A DNA stretch of 55,426 nucleotides from the NCBI GenBank assembly GCA_002778575.1, contig PFBJ01000006.1, positions 1-55,426 of the forward strand. The letters are read 5' to 3'. The notes beneath the pieces were generated by a model. It was not told where the DNA came from, ran no database searches, and worked only from the letters and a program-made list of their open reading frames with translations. Source of the stretch: Candidatus Kaiserbacteria bacterium CG10_big_fil_rev_8_21_14_0_10_49_17. Lineage in GTDB: Bacteria; Patescibacteriota; Minisyncoccia; Phycocordibacterales; JABMNX01. How positions within the stretch are numbered: the first letter of the stretch is position 1; every line of letters starts with the position of its first letter. Shown here in pieces: positions 9,338 through 18,362 of the stretch. The position numbers and the translations under genes are program-made.

Positions 9338-9824
9338 CGCGCTTTTTTCTCTTATTTCGGTACAGAGCGTAAATACCGCCAGGGATGATAATGGCGGTGA
9401 GAAAACCTGCCGCAACCTGCAGTGGCGTGTGCACGAGCAAGAGAAGCCGCGAGAGCCCGATAGAAAGCCCAATGAGAAATACCAAAACCGTAAGAAGCGT
9501 ACGCAGACGAGGTTCTTTTACGGTACGGACAAAAAAGTATGAGAAAGAAACGGCGAGAAACATTCCTGCCGTCGCATGCCCTGACGGAAAAGCAAAACCG
9601 TTTGCTTCAACCAGCGCGGCATCGGGGCGCTCTGTTGCGAGCGTGTATTTCACAAGTACGACAAAACCGAGTGTCGTGATAAGGGAGAGGAGAAAAATGT
9701 ACGCGTCGTCCCTGCGCTTCTGGAGCAGTAGGAAGAAAAAGAGACCGGCGCACACGAGAAAAAAGAGCACTTCAGCGATGGTGCTGTGTAATAACTCTGA
9801 AATAGCTACCAGCAACTCGTACAT
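9321..9824 (-). CDS. PAP2-family lipid phosphatase
   Basis: Motifs KYTLATERP, PSGH and SRLLLLVH. Start set at MYELL, with TACACT 9 nt upstream; the track ORF extends to 9917. The convergent 17-nt overlap with the antiporter gene end is seen in the sequence. Confidence 0.7.
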   Translation of the reverse strand: MYELLVAISELLHSTIAEVLFFLVCAGLFFFLLLQKRRDDAYIFLLSLITTLGFVVLVKYTLATERPDAALVEANGFAFPSGHATAGMFLAVSFSYFFVRTVKEPRLRTLLTVLVFLIGLSIGLSRLLLLVHTPLQVAAGFLTAIIIPGGIYALYRNKRKKRASEQR

Positions 9825-9899
9825 TGCACTAGTAGTGTATCGCAGAAGCTTTGCAAAATGCGAGTCAGTTGGCGTATACTGCAGGCATAGTGCACGCCC

Positions 9900-10640
9900 A
9901 TGCATCAAATGAGACACGCTCCAAAGGGAGTAAAAATAGTAGGTTTTCTGGCAGCACTCCTCCTTCTTGCAGGGGGCGGGTATATGCTGTACACCACACA
10001 GAATTCTTCTGACGGTGGCGAGCTTTGCGCGCAGGTTATTACGAAAGCAACCAATCCGGAGACCGGCGAGGTTAAGGAATTTCCGACACCGTGCGATGTG
10101 CCGGACGGATGGACTCTAACGCTCGGTCCGAAAGAGGGAGGGATGTTCTCAGTTGGGGATGAGACGTGGGAGCGCGTGCGCGATGATGAAAACGGAATCA
10201 GTTTTGCGGCGCGTGTTGATCCGGACGGTTACATTTTGATTCAACCGCCAAAGAGCGAGCAGGATACGTCGGCGTTTATCAAGGCGTACATTCTTTTTAA
10301 TCGTGCTGAATATGAAGATGCGCAGGGGCGTGAAAACTCGGAAGGGCCGCCATTCATCAGTATTCTTATCTTTGACAATGAAAGCGGCCAGTCTCCCCGA
10401 GAGTGGGCAGAAAGCAACAGCGGACTTGCGAACACTGCACTCATTCAGGGAGAGATTGCAGATGTTGCGCTCGGTGAGGCAGAGGCTATTCACTACAGTG
10501 CAGACGGGCTCTATATGAGTGAAAATTACATTGCATCGCACAATGACAAGCTCTATTTCCTCATCGGCTCTTACGCTACGGCGGAACAAAAAATTCGGGA
10601 AGATTTTAAAACGTTGATTGATACGATTACTTTCTTCTAA
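9900..10640 (+). CDS. membrane-anchored hypothetical exported protein
   Basis: 246 aa with an N-terminal TM (IVGFLAALLLLAGGGYMLY). No recognisable domain. Confidence 0.6.
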   Translation: MHQMRHAPKGVKIVGFLAALLLLAGGGYMLYTTQNSSDGGELCAQVITKATNPETGEVKEFPTPCDVPDGWTLTLGPKEGGMFSVGDETWERVRDDENGISFAARVDPDGYILIQPPKSEQDTSAFIKAYILFNRAEYEDAQGRENSEGPPFISILIFDNESGQSPREWAESNSGLANTALIQGEIADVALGEAEAIHYSADGLYMSENYIASHNDKLYFLIGSYATAEQKIREDFKTLIDTITFF

Positions 10641-10652
10641 ACATTAAAAAAA

Positions 10653-11141
10653 TCAGCCCGACATAGAGTCGGGCTGCAGCTCTTTAATGCGCGCTGTCGC
10701 GTGTCGGTAACGCGTGGCAGTTGCCTCAAGTGTCGTCATTTCACCATCGCCCTCGTAGAGTTGGTATGTGCGATTGGTAACAGAATGAAAGCCGAATAGC
10801 CGGTGCGAGAGAACGGTCTCTGGCATGTGCGGGGGAATTTTCGTCCACACAGCGCTGAGATCTTTTGTGGTAAATGCATCCTCCAAAATGAGAGAAAGAC
10901 CTCGTTGTATTGTCGTGTTCTGAAGGTCTGGCGCGGCTTCCTCAAGGAGCAGTACGCGGCAAAGCGCAAGCCGCGCAACCATATCAATGCGGTACAGTCC
11001 GGCAACGGCGGCGAATGTTCTGGTCTCGGCTATGTAGAGCGGATGGATGCTCTTATTCGGACCGGGGGTCAGAAATTCTTCATACTGCGGGTAGTGCTTC
11101 AGGATTTTCTGCACACGCCTTTTCACGATGTCGGGGAACAT
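10653..11141 (-). CDS. hypothetical protein
   Basis: 162-aa ORF with GGGAGGAG just upstream of the ATG. A hairpin plus T-run on the minus strand (10646..10676) overlaps its last codons. Confidence 0.55.
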   Translation of the reverse strand: MFPDIVKRRVQKILKHYPQYEEFLTPGPNKSIHPLYIAETRTFAAVAGLYRIDMVARLALCRVLLLEEAAPDLQNTTIQRGLSLILEDAFTTKDLSAVWTKIPPHMPETVLSHRLFGFHSVTNRTYQLYEGDGEMTTLEATATRYRHATARIKELQPDSMSG

Positions 11142-11232
11142 AGCTCCTCCCGTATACTGTCTTTGACAATAGTGTTCATTTCCGGAATAGTTGTCAATAA
11201 ATGTAAAGTATACTTTACTATGCTACTTTCTC

Positions 11233-11241
11233 TGCTAGAAT
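11233..11241 (+). promoter_or_regulatory. extended -10 box TGCTAGAAT, 7 nt before the ATG at 11249
   Basis: Read directly. No SD is present. Confidence 0.5.
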
Positions 11242-11248
11242 AGCGCCA

Positions 11249-11455
11249 ATGACAGAGAGTGTTCTAAATACAGTCAGCGACCTTCGTCAAAAGGAGGGTC
11301 TTACACAGGAAGTGTTTGCGCAGAAGGTTGGAGTGACCCGGCAGACGGTTATTGCTATTGAGAAAGGGAATTACACGCCGTCAGTACTCCTTGCTCTTAA
11401 GATAGCCGCACATTTTAAAGTGCCGGTTGAACAGATATTTAGTATAAAAAAGTAG
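11249..11455 (+). CDS. XRE/Cro-type helix-turn-helix transcriptional regulator
   Basis: 68 aa with LTQEVFAQKVGVTRQTVIAIEKGNYTPSV, the small YozG-like HTH class. Confidence 0.85.
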   Translation: MTESVLNTVSDLRQKEGLTQEVFAQKVGVTRQTVIAIEKGNYTPSVLLALKIAAHFKVPVEQIFSIKK

Positions 11456-11456
11456 C

Positions 11457-11819
11457 ATGAAATTTATAAATGAAATTAGCATCTCTGTATTGTTCCTACT
11501 CCTTATTGTGCTTTTTCTCGATCCGTTTATGTACCTTATGAGCGACTCGCTTGTCTTTATGGTACTCGGTGCTCTCGTTGTTCTCTTTGCGCTCTTTGCA
11601 ACATTTCTCTGGCGCGAGAAGGCGCACGATGAACGGGAAGCAATGCATAAAATGCTCGCAGGACGCATTGGGTATTTAATCGGTTCAGGCAGTCTCCTTA
11701 TTGGATTCGTGGTTCAGGTGCTCTCCGGCGGACACGTTGACCCGTGGCTCGTTTTCGGCCTTGCCGGACTGGTCGTGGGGAAGCTTATCGCTCTTGCATA
11801 CGTCAAAGCAAAGCATTAG
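11457..11819 (+). CDS. small multi-TM membrane protein coupled to the HTH gene
   Basis: 120 aa with about four hydrophobic segments. The junction with the upstream gene is TAG-C-ATG. Confidence 0.65.
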   Translation: MKFINEISISVLFLLLIVLFLDPFMYLMSDSLVFMVLGALVVLFALFATFLWREKAHDEREAMHKMLAGRIGYLIGSGSLLIGFVVQVLSGGHVDPWLVFGLAGLVVGKLIALAYVKAKH

Positions 11820-11992
11820 TCATAATCGAGCATTTTCTTGTGTTGCACTCTCGCCAGGCGCCCCAACCAAGCCAACCAGCAGGTGGTTTCGGTACAGCAC
11901 ACAGAGAATATATGCAGTTCTCCACAGAGGAAATGTAAAGTCAACTTGACATAGCGTATTAGTGCACCACAATAGGGGTACTTTTAATTTAA

Positions 11993-12640
11993 ATGATAAC
12001 TATGAAAACAGGCGCACACACACAAAAAGGTGCAGGAGCAGTCACTGCACTTCTGGTAATCGGTCTTCTTATTTTGGGGGGTTTTGGGTATTACTACATT
12101 TCACAGCAGGGCACTGAGGAAGAGATGCACAGCGATGAGAGCATGCAGGAAGGTGATGCAGTGATGGATAGCGGTCAGGGTGCGACAGGGGAAGAAGCGA
12201 TGATGGATGGGGATGCCATGGAAGGAGAGGTAATGATGAATGGAGATGTGATGATGGAAGTGTCGTTTTCCGGCTCTGTGCTTGCCGGATCGGATGATCG
12301 GGCGTTACTGCTTGACTTTAACAAAGCAGACTATGAAAAAGCGGTAGCAAGCGGAAAGCTTGTGGTCCTCTTTTTCTATGCCAACTGGTGTCCGGTATGC
12401 AAAGAAGAGTTTCCAAGAATGCAGAGCGCATTTAACAGTCTTAAAAGCGACCAGGTTGTCGGGTTTCGCGTAAATTACAACGACAATCAAACAGATGAAG
12501 ACGAGAAAGCGCTCGCTAGGGAATTTGGTGTTGGCTATCAGCACACGAAAGTCTTCGTAAAAAATGGAGAGCGAATTCTTAAGGCGCCCGAGAGTTGGAG
12601 TGAGGCGCAGTTTATCAGCACAATTAACGAAAACCTTTAA
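11993..12640 (+). CDS. membrane-anchored TlpA-like thioredoxin with a Met/Asp/Glu-rich linker
   Basis: 215 aa with an N-terminal TM, a WCPVC active site in a thioredoxin-like C-terminal domain, and 10 Met within aa 45-88. Confidence 0.8.
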   Translation: MITMKTGAHTQKGAGAVTALLVIGLLILGGFGYYYISQQGTEEEMHSDESMQEGDAVMDSGQGATGEEAMMDGDAMEGEVMMNGDVMMEVSFSGSVLAGSDDRALLLDFNKADYEKAVASGKLVVLFFYANWCPVCKEEFPRMQSAFNSLKSDQVVGFRVNYNDNQTDEDEKALAREFGVGYQHTKVFVKNGERILKAPESWSEAQFISTINENL

Positions 12641-12641
12641 T

Positions 12642-13364
12642 ATGGTGGACATCGGACTATTTGTTGCATTTACTGCAGGACTTGTCTCTTTTCTCTCTCC
12701 GTGCGTGCTGCCGCTTATCCCCGGCTACCTCGCGTACTTAGCTGGCGCGACACTTCCAAAAGAAGGTGAAGAGCAGCAGAGCTCCCAGCGGATGGCAATT
12801 TTCCTAAACTCGCTTGTCTTTGTCCTTGGCTTCTCGACAGTCTTTGCAATTCTCGGGGTGCTCCTCAATACGCTCCTTGAATCGGTGGCGTATGACGCAC
12901 AAGAGTGGCTCGCACGAATCGGTGGAGCTATCATTATTTTCTTTGGTTTGTGGCTTGTAGGACTCTTGCGTGTGCCATTCCTTGAACGCGAGCACAAGTT
13001 GCAGGTAAAGAGAAAATTCAGCTCACGGTACCTCACCTCATTCGTATTCGGTGCGGCATTTGCCGCTGGTTGGACGCCGTGTGTCGGCGCCGCACTCGGC
13101 GCGATACTCGGCCTTGCCGCGACGAGCCCCGGCGCCGCACTCTATCTTCTTTTTGCGTATTCGCTCGGCCTCGGCCTCCCGTTCCTTCTCGTCGGAGCAT
13201 TTGCCGCGCGAGCCACAGGTGTCATTAACCGCTACGCTCACATTCTCACGTACGTTAATAAGGCTTTTGGGGCGCTGCTTATTATTCTTGGGGTGCTTGT
13301 TTTCACACAGAGTCTGAATCTTATTGCAAGTTTTGGTCTTTTAAACTCGCTGCTCTTAAACTAG
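12642..13364 (+). CDS. ccdA: CcdA/DsbD-family thiol:disulfide electron transporter
   Basis: Start at MVDIGLFVAFTAGLVSFLSPCVLPLIPGY, and a second conserved Cys in AAGWTPCVG. Polytopic. Confidence 0.88.
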   Translation: MVDIGLFVAFTAGLVSFLSPCVLPLIPGYLAYLAGATLPKEGEEQQSSQRMAIFLNSLVFVLGFSTVFAILGVLLNTLLESVAYDAQEWLARIGGAIIIFFGLWLVGLLRVPFLEREHKLQVKRKFSSRYLTSFVFGAAFAAGWTPCVGAALGAILGLAATSPGAALYLLFAYSLGLGLPFLLVGAFAARATGVINRYAHILTYVNKAFGALLIILGVLVFTQSLNLIASFGLLNSLLLN

Positions 13365-13365
13365 T

Positions 13366-14490
13366 ATGGCTCGCTTTGGAAAACACATAACGCTCATTGT
13401 TGTTCTCATTGCAATTGTTGCAATTATTGGCGTACTTGAATTGCGAAAGCCGGCGCAAAGCGGCGGTGAGGGAAGTGATATAACAATTACGGATACAAAT
13501 GAGCGGGTGGCAATGAAAGAAAAAGAATTTGAACGTGCGAAAGAGATTTCAACACCTGATGGGTTCATTAATGCCACAGAAGACTTCAATATCAAAGATC
13601 TTATTGGGAAGAAAGTCGTTCTCGTCGACTTCTGGACCTACTCATGCATAAATTGTCAGCGTACGCTCCCGTACCTCAATGCGTGGAATAAGAAGTACGC
13701 TGATGAAGGGCTGGTGATTATCGGACTCCACACGCCCGAGTTTGAATTCGAGAAAAATTACGAAAATGTAAAGCGTGCAGTGGAGAAATGGGGTATTGAG
13801 TACCCCGTGGTGCTTGATAACGATTACTCTACATGGCGCGCGTATAAGAATCAGTACTGGCCGCGAAAATATTTGATTGATATCGACGGTTTTATCGTCT
13901 ATGAGCACATAGGCGAAGGAGGGTATAAAGAAACGGAGGAGAAAATAGTAGCGCTTCTCAATGAGCGCGCTCGGGTACTTGGAGAAGGTGGGGTAGTGGT
14001 TAGTGATACGGCACCTGAAAATGTTGATACAGTTGATTTCGGGAAGGTGCGCTCACCTGAGATGTACTTCGGTTATGCGAGAGTTGAGAATCTTGTCAAT
14101 CCATTAAAGAGCACCTGCACTGATTCTGTATGCCGATATGAGAAGCCGGCAACCATTCCACTGAATGGCTTTGCGCTTAGTGGTGCGTGGAATATTGAAA
14201 GAGAGAAGGCAACACTTGCAGACTCTTCGGGATCGGTAACGCTGTATTTTAATGCCAATAAGGTGAATCTTGTTGCTGGAGCTGACGGGGCTGTGCGCGC
14301 AGAGATTTACCTTGATGGAAAGAAAGTAACAGAGAACCACGCTGGGTACTCAGTGGGGAGCGGAGTTGTCGAGTTTAACGAGCACGACCTCTATAACCTT
14401 ATAGACTTGCGTGGGCAGTACGGTGCGCATGAGCTTGAGATACGATTCCTTGACGGGAGTGTTTCTGCCTTTGCATTCACATTCGGATAA
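13366..14490 (+). CDS. DipZ-like extracytoplasmic thioredoxin-fold protein with a C-terminal beta-rich domain
   Basis: 374 aa with an N-terminal TM and VDFWTYSCINCQRTLPYL, a CxxC redoxin signature. Confidence 0.8.
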   Translation: MARFGKHITLIVVLIAIVAIIGVLELRKPAQSGGEGSDITITDTNERVAMKEKEFERAKEISTPDGFINATEDFNIKDLIGKKVVLVDFWTYSCINCQRTLPYLNAWNKKYADEGLVIIGLHTPEFEFEKNYENVKRAVEKWGIEYPVVLDNDYSTWRAYKNQYWPRKYLIDIDGFIVYEHIGEGGYKETEEKIVALLNERARVLGEGGVVVSDTAPENVDTVDFGKVRSPEMYFGYARVENLVNPLKSTCTDSVCRYEKPATIPLNGFALSGAWNIEREKATLADSSGSVTLYFNANKVNLVAGADGAVRAEIYLDGKKVTENHAGYSVGSGVVEFNEHDLYNLIDLRGQYGAHELEIRFLDGSVSAFAFTFG

Positions 14491-14500
14491 GGAAGCTCAG

Positions 14501-15979
14501 ATGGTGTATGATATGAGTACTTCAATCGTCTCAAATACTATGTACACCCACTCTAAAAAGCTTGGATTTATCGCTGTTGTGCTCGGATTGCTCTTCCCGA
14601 GCGTGGTATCTGCCGCAGGTTTTGAAATTGCAGGGTGGATCCCGTACTGGCGCTCGGAAAAAGGAGTTGCCAGCATTCTCCCTCAGCTTGATTTATTTAC
14701 TGAGGTAAATCCATTTTTCTACACGGTTTCAACTAATGGAGAGCTTTTCTCAAACGGCTCTCTTTCAGATGCCGAGTGGGTCTCGCTTCGCAATGCCGCA
14801 AAGGCAAACGGCATCCTTTTCATTCCAACGGTAATGTGGGCAAACGCCGATGCAATGGACGAAATTTTTCGCGATCCCGCACTGCGCCAAAAGCACATCA
14901 AGTCTATTGCGTGGGAAGTGTACTCAAAGAACCTTGACGGTATCGATATTGACTACGAGGCACGGTATGCGCGCACCCGAACGTACTTCTCACAATTCTT
15001 AAAAGAGCTCGAAGAGGCGATAGGTTTTGACAAACACATTATGTGTACGATGCAGTCCCGTACACCGCTTGACTCTCGCTACGAGACACTCGATGCAATT
15101 CCGGCGGATATTGAGTACGCAAATGACTTTGTGGAAATAAATAAATACTGTGACCGTGTTCGTATTATGGCGTACGACCAAGCTCGCATTGATGTAAAAC
15201 TCAATAAAGAAAAGGGTGACCCGTATGCGCCTACGGCAGATGTTGACTGGGTTGAAAAGGTGATGCGGGTTGCCGCGCAAGAGGTGGACGCGGATAAATT
15301 GATTATCGGCGTACCGACGTATGGATACGAATACGATATGTTTGAAGCGCTCGATGGCTCGGGGGAGATTCAGTACTCGCGACTCTGGTCACTGAATCCT
15401 GGCTACGGCATAGAAACAGCGCAGACCCTCGGACTTACCCCAACGCGCAACTCTGCGGGAGAGCTGCAGATCCTCTACCCGGCAAAGGACGCGCCTGATC
15501 CGGTTATTCCGCTTGATTTTGCAACACGGGTACTTACATGGAGTGACGCGCAAGCGATTCAGGATAAAATAGAGCTCGCAGAGGAACTCGGACTGCGCGG
15601 TATAGCGATATTTAAAATTGACGGCGGGCAGGACCCTGCACTGTGGAGTGTGCTTACAGGTAAGAAAGGAGAAAGTGTAGCGACAGTTAATTTAAAAGAC
15701 AGCACACTATTAACCGAGTCACCAAATAAAGCCCGGGCCGTCCCACAGCGCGATTTAGAGTATGGCGATAGAAATGAAGATGTGCGCGCCTTGCAACTGT
15801 TTCTCAATCAAGAGGGCTACATTGTGGCGCTCTCTGGCGGTGGCTCTCCAGGAAATGAGACGACATTCTTTGGCCCTGCAACGAAGGCAGCGCTTGTACG
15901 ATTTCAAAAAGCACACGGTGTCAGCCCTACCTCGGGCTACTACGGCCCAATAACGCGCACGGCAATAAGTAGTTTGTAG
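14501..15979 (+). CDS. glycoside hydrolase family 18-like protein with a C-terminal peptidoglycan-binding domain
   Basis: Catalytic-type motif LDGIDIDYE. The C-terminus (DVRALQLFLNQEGY...FGPATKAALVRFQKAHGV) is PG_binding_1-like. AGGAAG lies upstream of the chosen ATG. Confidence 0.8.
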   Translation: MVYDMSTSIVSNTMYTHSKKLGFIAVVLGLLFPSVVSAAGFEIAGWIPYWRSEKGVASILPQLDLFTEVNPFFYTVSTNGELFSNGSLSDAEWVSLRNAAKANGILFIPTVMWANADAMDEIFRDPALRQKHIKSIAWEVYSKNLDGIDIDYEARYARTRTYFSQFLKELEEAIGFDKHIMCTMQSRTPLDSRYETLDAIPADIEYANDFVEINKYCDRVRIMAYDQARIDVKLNKEKGDPYAPTADVDWVEKVMRVAAQEVDADKLIIGVPTYGYEYDMFEALDGSGEIQYSRLWSLNPGYGIETAQTLGLTPTRNSAGELQILYPAKDAPDPVIPLDFATRVLTWSDAQAIQDKIELAEELGLRGIAIFKIDGGQDPALWSVLTGKKGESVATVNLKDSTLLTESPNKARAVPQRDLEYGDRNEDVRALQLFLNQEGYIVALSGGGSPGNETTFFGPATKAALVRFQKAHGVSPTSGYYGPITRTAISSL

Positions 15980-16051
15980 GCACAATTGGGGATTTTGCGT
16001 ATCGGGGGATAAAAGTGGTAGGGTAGGTGGGTAATTAGTATCAAGAATTCT

Positions 16052-16747
16052 ATGTTTAAAACAAAAGTACTACTACCAGTAATTGCTCTCATTGCTATTG
16101 TGGCAATTGGAGGAGCTATTTACTATTTTGGAGGCAAAACAACAGAGGACGGGCAGGTTGCGGATAACAATAGCGACACATCGGCAGTTGTTGCGCGTGT
16201 TGATGGTGTTGCAATTACGCGTGCACACATAGATGCGCGTATTGCACAGGTAAAAGGCTCCGGACAGGCGCAGGTACCGGCAGAGGATGCGCCTGAGTAC
16301 GCAGAGTTTCAGGAGGCGGTACTCACACAGCTTATCAACGAAGAGCTTTTCCTGAAGGATGCGGCACGTCTTGGAATTGCACCGGAAGACGCTGATGTAG
16401 ATGCGCAGTTAGAGCAGGTGAAGGAGCAGTTTGAAAGCGATGCTGCATTTGAGAGTCAGCTTGCTGCAGTTGGTCTTACGAATGCAACACTTCGTGCGGA
16501 TATAGAGCGGCAGCTCACCCTCACCGCGTATTACCAGCAGGTACAGACGGACAGCGAAATTACTGTTTCAGAGGAAGACGCACAGGCAGTGTACGACCAA
16601 GTGGCGGCAAACCAAGAGCTCGATGTTACGTTTGAGGACGCAAAAGCGAACATTATCGCCCAACTTACTCAGCAGAAGCTAAATGAAGCGCTTACTCAAA
16701 AAGCGGCAGAACTCCGCGCGAATGCGTCTGTGGAGACCCTCCTCTAG
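16052..16747 (+). CDS. SurA N-terminal-domain-like periplasmic chaperone without a PPIase domain
   Basis: 231 aa with an N-terminal TM. Acidic, helical composition with VARVDGVAITRAHID, as in SurA/PrsA N-domains. Confidence 0.5.
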   Translation: MFKTKVLLPVIALIAIVAIGGAIYYFGGKTTEDGQVADNNSDTSAVVARVDGVAITRAHIDARIAQVKGSGQAQVPAEDAPEYAEFQEAVLTQLINEELFLKDAARLGIAPEDADVDAQLEQVKEQFESDAAFESQLAAVGLTNATLRADIERQLTLTAYYQQVQTDSEITVSEEDAQAVYDQVAANQELDVTFEDAKANIIAQLTQQKLNEALTQKAAELRANASVETLL

Positions 16748-16772
16748 GACCTTAACAACACGAACATACCGC

Positions 16773-16824
16773 AATCGACTCAATCAGGTGAATAAGCCTG
16801 CCTGCCGGCACAGGCAAGTCGATT
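16773..16824. repeat. intergenic palindromic repeat, copy B (composite)
   Basis: aatcgactcaatcaggtgaataagcctgcctgccggcacaggcaagtcgatt followed by TTTT. Confidence 0.8.
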
Positions 16825-16841
16825 TTTGGGTATACTAAGGT

Positions 16842-17666
16842 ATGCACACAGGATTGAAAGCATTCCTCATAGCGCTTGTGGTAATAGCCGCAGGTATCAC
16901 TATTTACAATGAAGTACAGTATTACTTCGGCGGCTCTGCCGAAAGCGGGTATGCAGAAAATCCCTTTGCCGATTCCGAATGTACTGTAGCGGGTATAAAC
17001 ATCCACGGCGACATTTATACGTACTATGACGTCGAATCCATGTCCGTAGATGACGTCATTTCCTCGGAATATGTACAGTATCTGTTGGAGGTTGCGGAAT
17101 ACACGCCGCACATTGAAGCGATACTCCTTGAGATAGATTCTTACGGCGGCATGCCTGTTGCCGCGCACGAAATAGTTTCCGCAATCAATCACACCGTTTC
17201 CGTGCCGGTTATTGCACAGATTAGGGGAGCGGGGCTTTCCGCCGCATACTGGGTGGCGTCCGCGGCTGATGTTGTTTTTGCTTCAGAGCTTTCCGATGTC
17301 GGGGCCATAGGCGTCACCCAGTCATACACCGATCAGAGCACCGCAAACCGGCAGAGCGGCATTACATTCAACTCTCTTTCGACTGGAAAATTTAAAGATA
17401 TTCTTAATCCGGAAAAGCCGTTAACGTATGAAGAGCGGCGGATACTCGAGCGCGATTTAGCAATTACCCACGATGTGTTCGTGCGCTCGGTAGCGGAGAA
17501 CAGAGGTATGAGCGTTGGCGAAGTGCAGGCGCTCTCCGACGGCTCTTCGATGCTCGGATCTCTGGCAAAAGAAAAAGGGCTTATAGATGAGATCGGCGAT
17601 TACTATGATGTGCTTTCCTACATTAAAGAAAACTACGGTTTTGACCCAATCGTCTGTTATCGGTAA
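16842..17666 (+). CDS. sppA: signal peptide peptidase SppA (S49 family)
   Basis: LLEIDSYGGMPVAAHEI and GAGLSAAYWVASAAD, with an N-terminal TM. TATACT lies 5 nt upstream of the ATG. Confidence 0.8.
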   Translation: MHTGLKAFLIALVVIAAGITIYNEVQYYFGGSAESGYAENPFADSECTVAGINIHGDIYTYYDVESMSVDDVISSEYVQYLLEVAEYTPHIEAILLEIDSYGGMPVAAHEIVSAINHTVSVPVIAQIRGAGLSAAYWVASAADVVFASELSDVGAIGVTQSYTDQSTANRQSGITFNSLSTGKFKDILNPEKPLTYEERRILERDLAITHDVFVRSVAENRGMSVGEVQALSDGSSMLGSLAKEKGLIDEIGDYYDVLSYIKENYGFDPIVCYR

Positions 17667-17677
17667 CGGCTTTTTAG

Positions 17678-18043
17678 GTGAGCAAACACTACAGAGCACA
17701 TAAAGAGAGAGCGCGTGGATACGTAAAAGAGCGGGTGGAAACACTCTCGGCGGTGTATGGATTTCAGTACGGCCGGATTGCTATCCGCAATACGAAACGA
17801 AGCTGGGGGAGCTGTTCGGAATTAGGGAATTTAAATTTCAATTACAAAATAGTCTTCCTTCCTGACTCGCTCGCCGAGTACATAATCGTCCACGAGCTGT
17901 GCCACTTGCGTGAATTTAACCACTCAACGCGTTTCTGGAAGCACGTTGAAAGCATTATCCCTGACTGGAAAGAGCGCAGACGTGCGCTTAAACGCCTCGA
18001 GCGACTCCCTGCGCGGGTGCTGTATTGTTCAAAAGAGAATTAG
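17678..18043 (+). CDS. YgjP-like (DUF45) zinc metallopeptidase, short form
   Basis: HELCHLREFNHSTRFW, an HExxH motif. GTG start as given by the ORF track. Confidence 0.65.
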   Translation: MSKHYRAHKERARGYVKERVETLSAVYGFQYGRIAIRNTKRSWGSCSELGNLNFNYKIVFLPDSLAEYIIVHELCHLREFNHSTRFWKHVESIIPDWKERRRALKRLERLPARVLYCSKEN

Positions 18044-18128
18044 CCTCTTGTGTGTATTCCCGTTGCTATTTAGTGCTATGATGAAGTAAGTGGCGCGAAA
18101 GCGTATTTATTAGAAATGCATTGATACT

Positions 18129-18284
18129 ATGAAAGCACTCATTTGGATTGTAGTCGTAGCGGTTGTGGCTGTCGGAGGGTACTACCTCTACAGTAACTAC
18201 ATGGCTACTGATTCTTCAGACGCGACAAGCGAAGAATCGAGCGACGGCACATCTGCCGACGCGTCAGCAGACGTTTCTCTGTAA
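18129..18284 (+). CDS. 51-aa membrane-anchored peptide with an acidic Ser/Asp tail
   Basis: MKALIWIVVVAVVAVGGYYLYSNYMATDSSDATSEESSDGTSADASADVSL. It is below the ORF-track cutoff and is followed by a strong terminator. Confidence 0.45.
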   Translation: MKALIWIVVVAVVAVGGYYLYSNYMATDSSDATSEESSDGTSADASADVSL

Positions 18285-18305
18285 GGATTAATTGGAGAGA
18301 AATGG

Positions 18306-18337
18306 AAAACGCCCCACGGATAGACCGTGGGGCGTTT
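18306..18337. terminator. bidirectional terminator
   Basis: aaaacgccccacgg-ataga-ccgtggggcgttt. Confidence 0.85.
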
Positions 18338-18362
18338 GAGTTGGGGGAAAGAGCAGTAGAGG

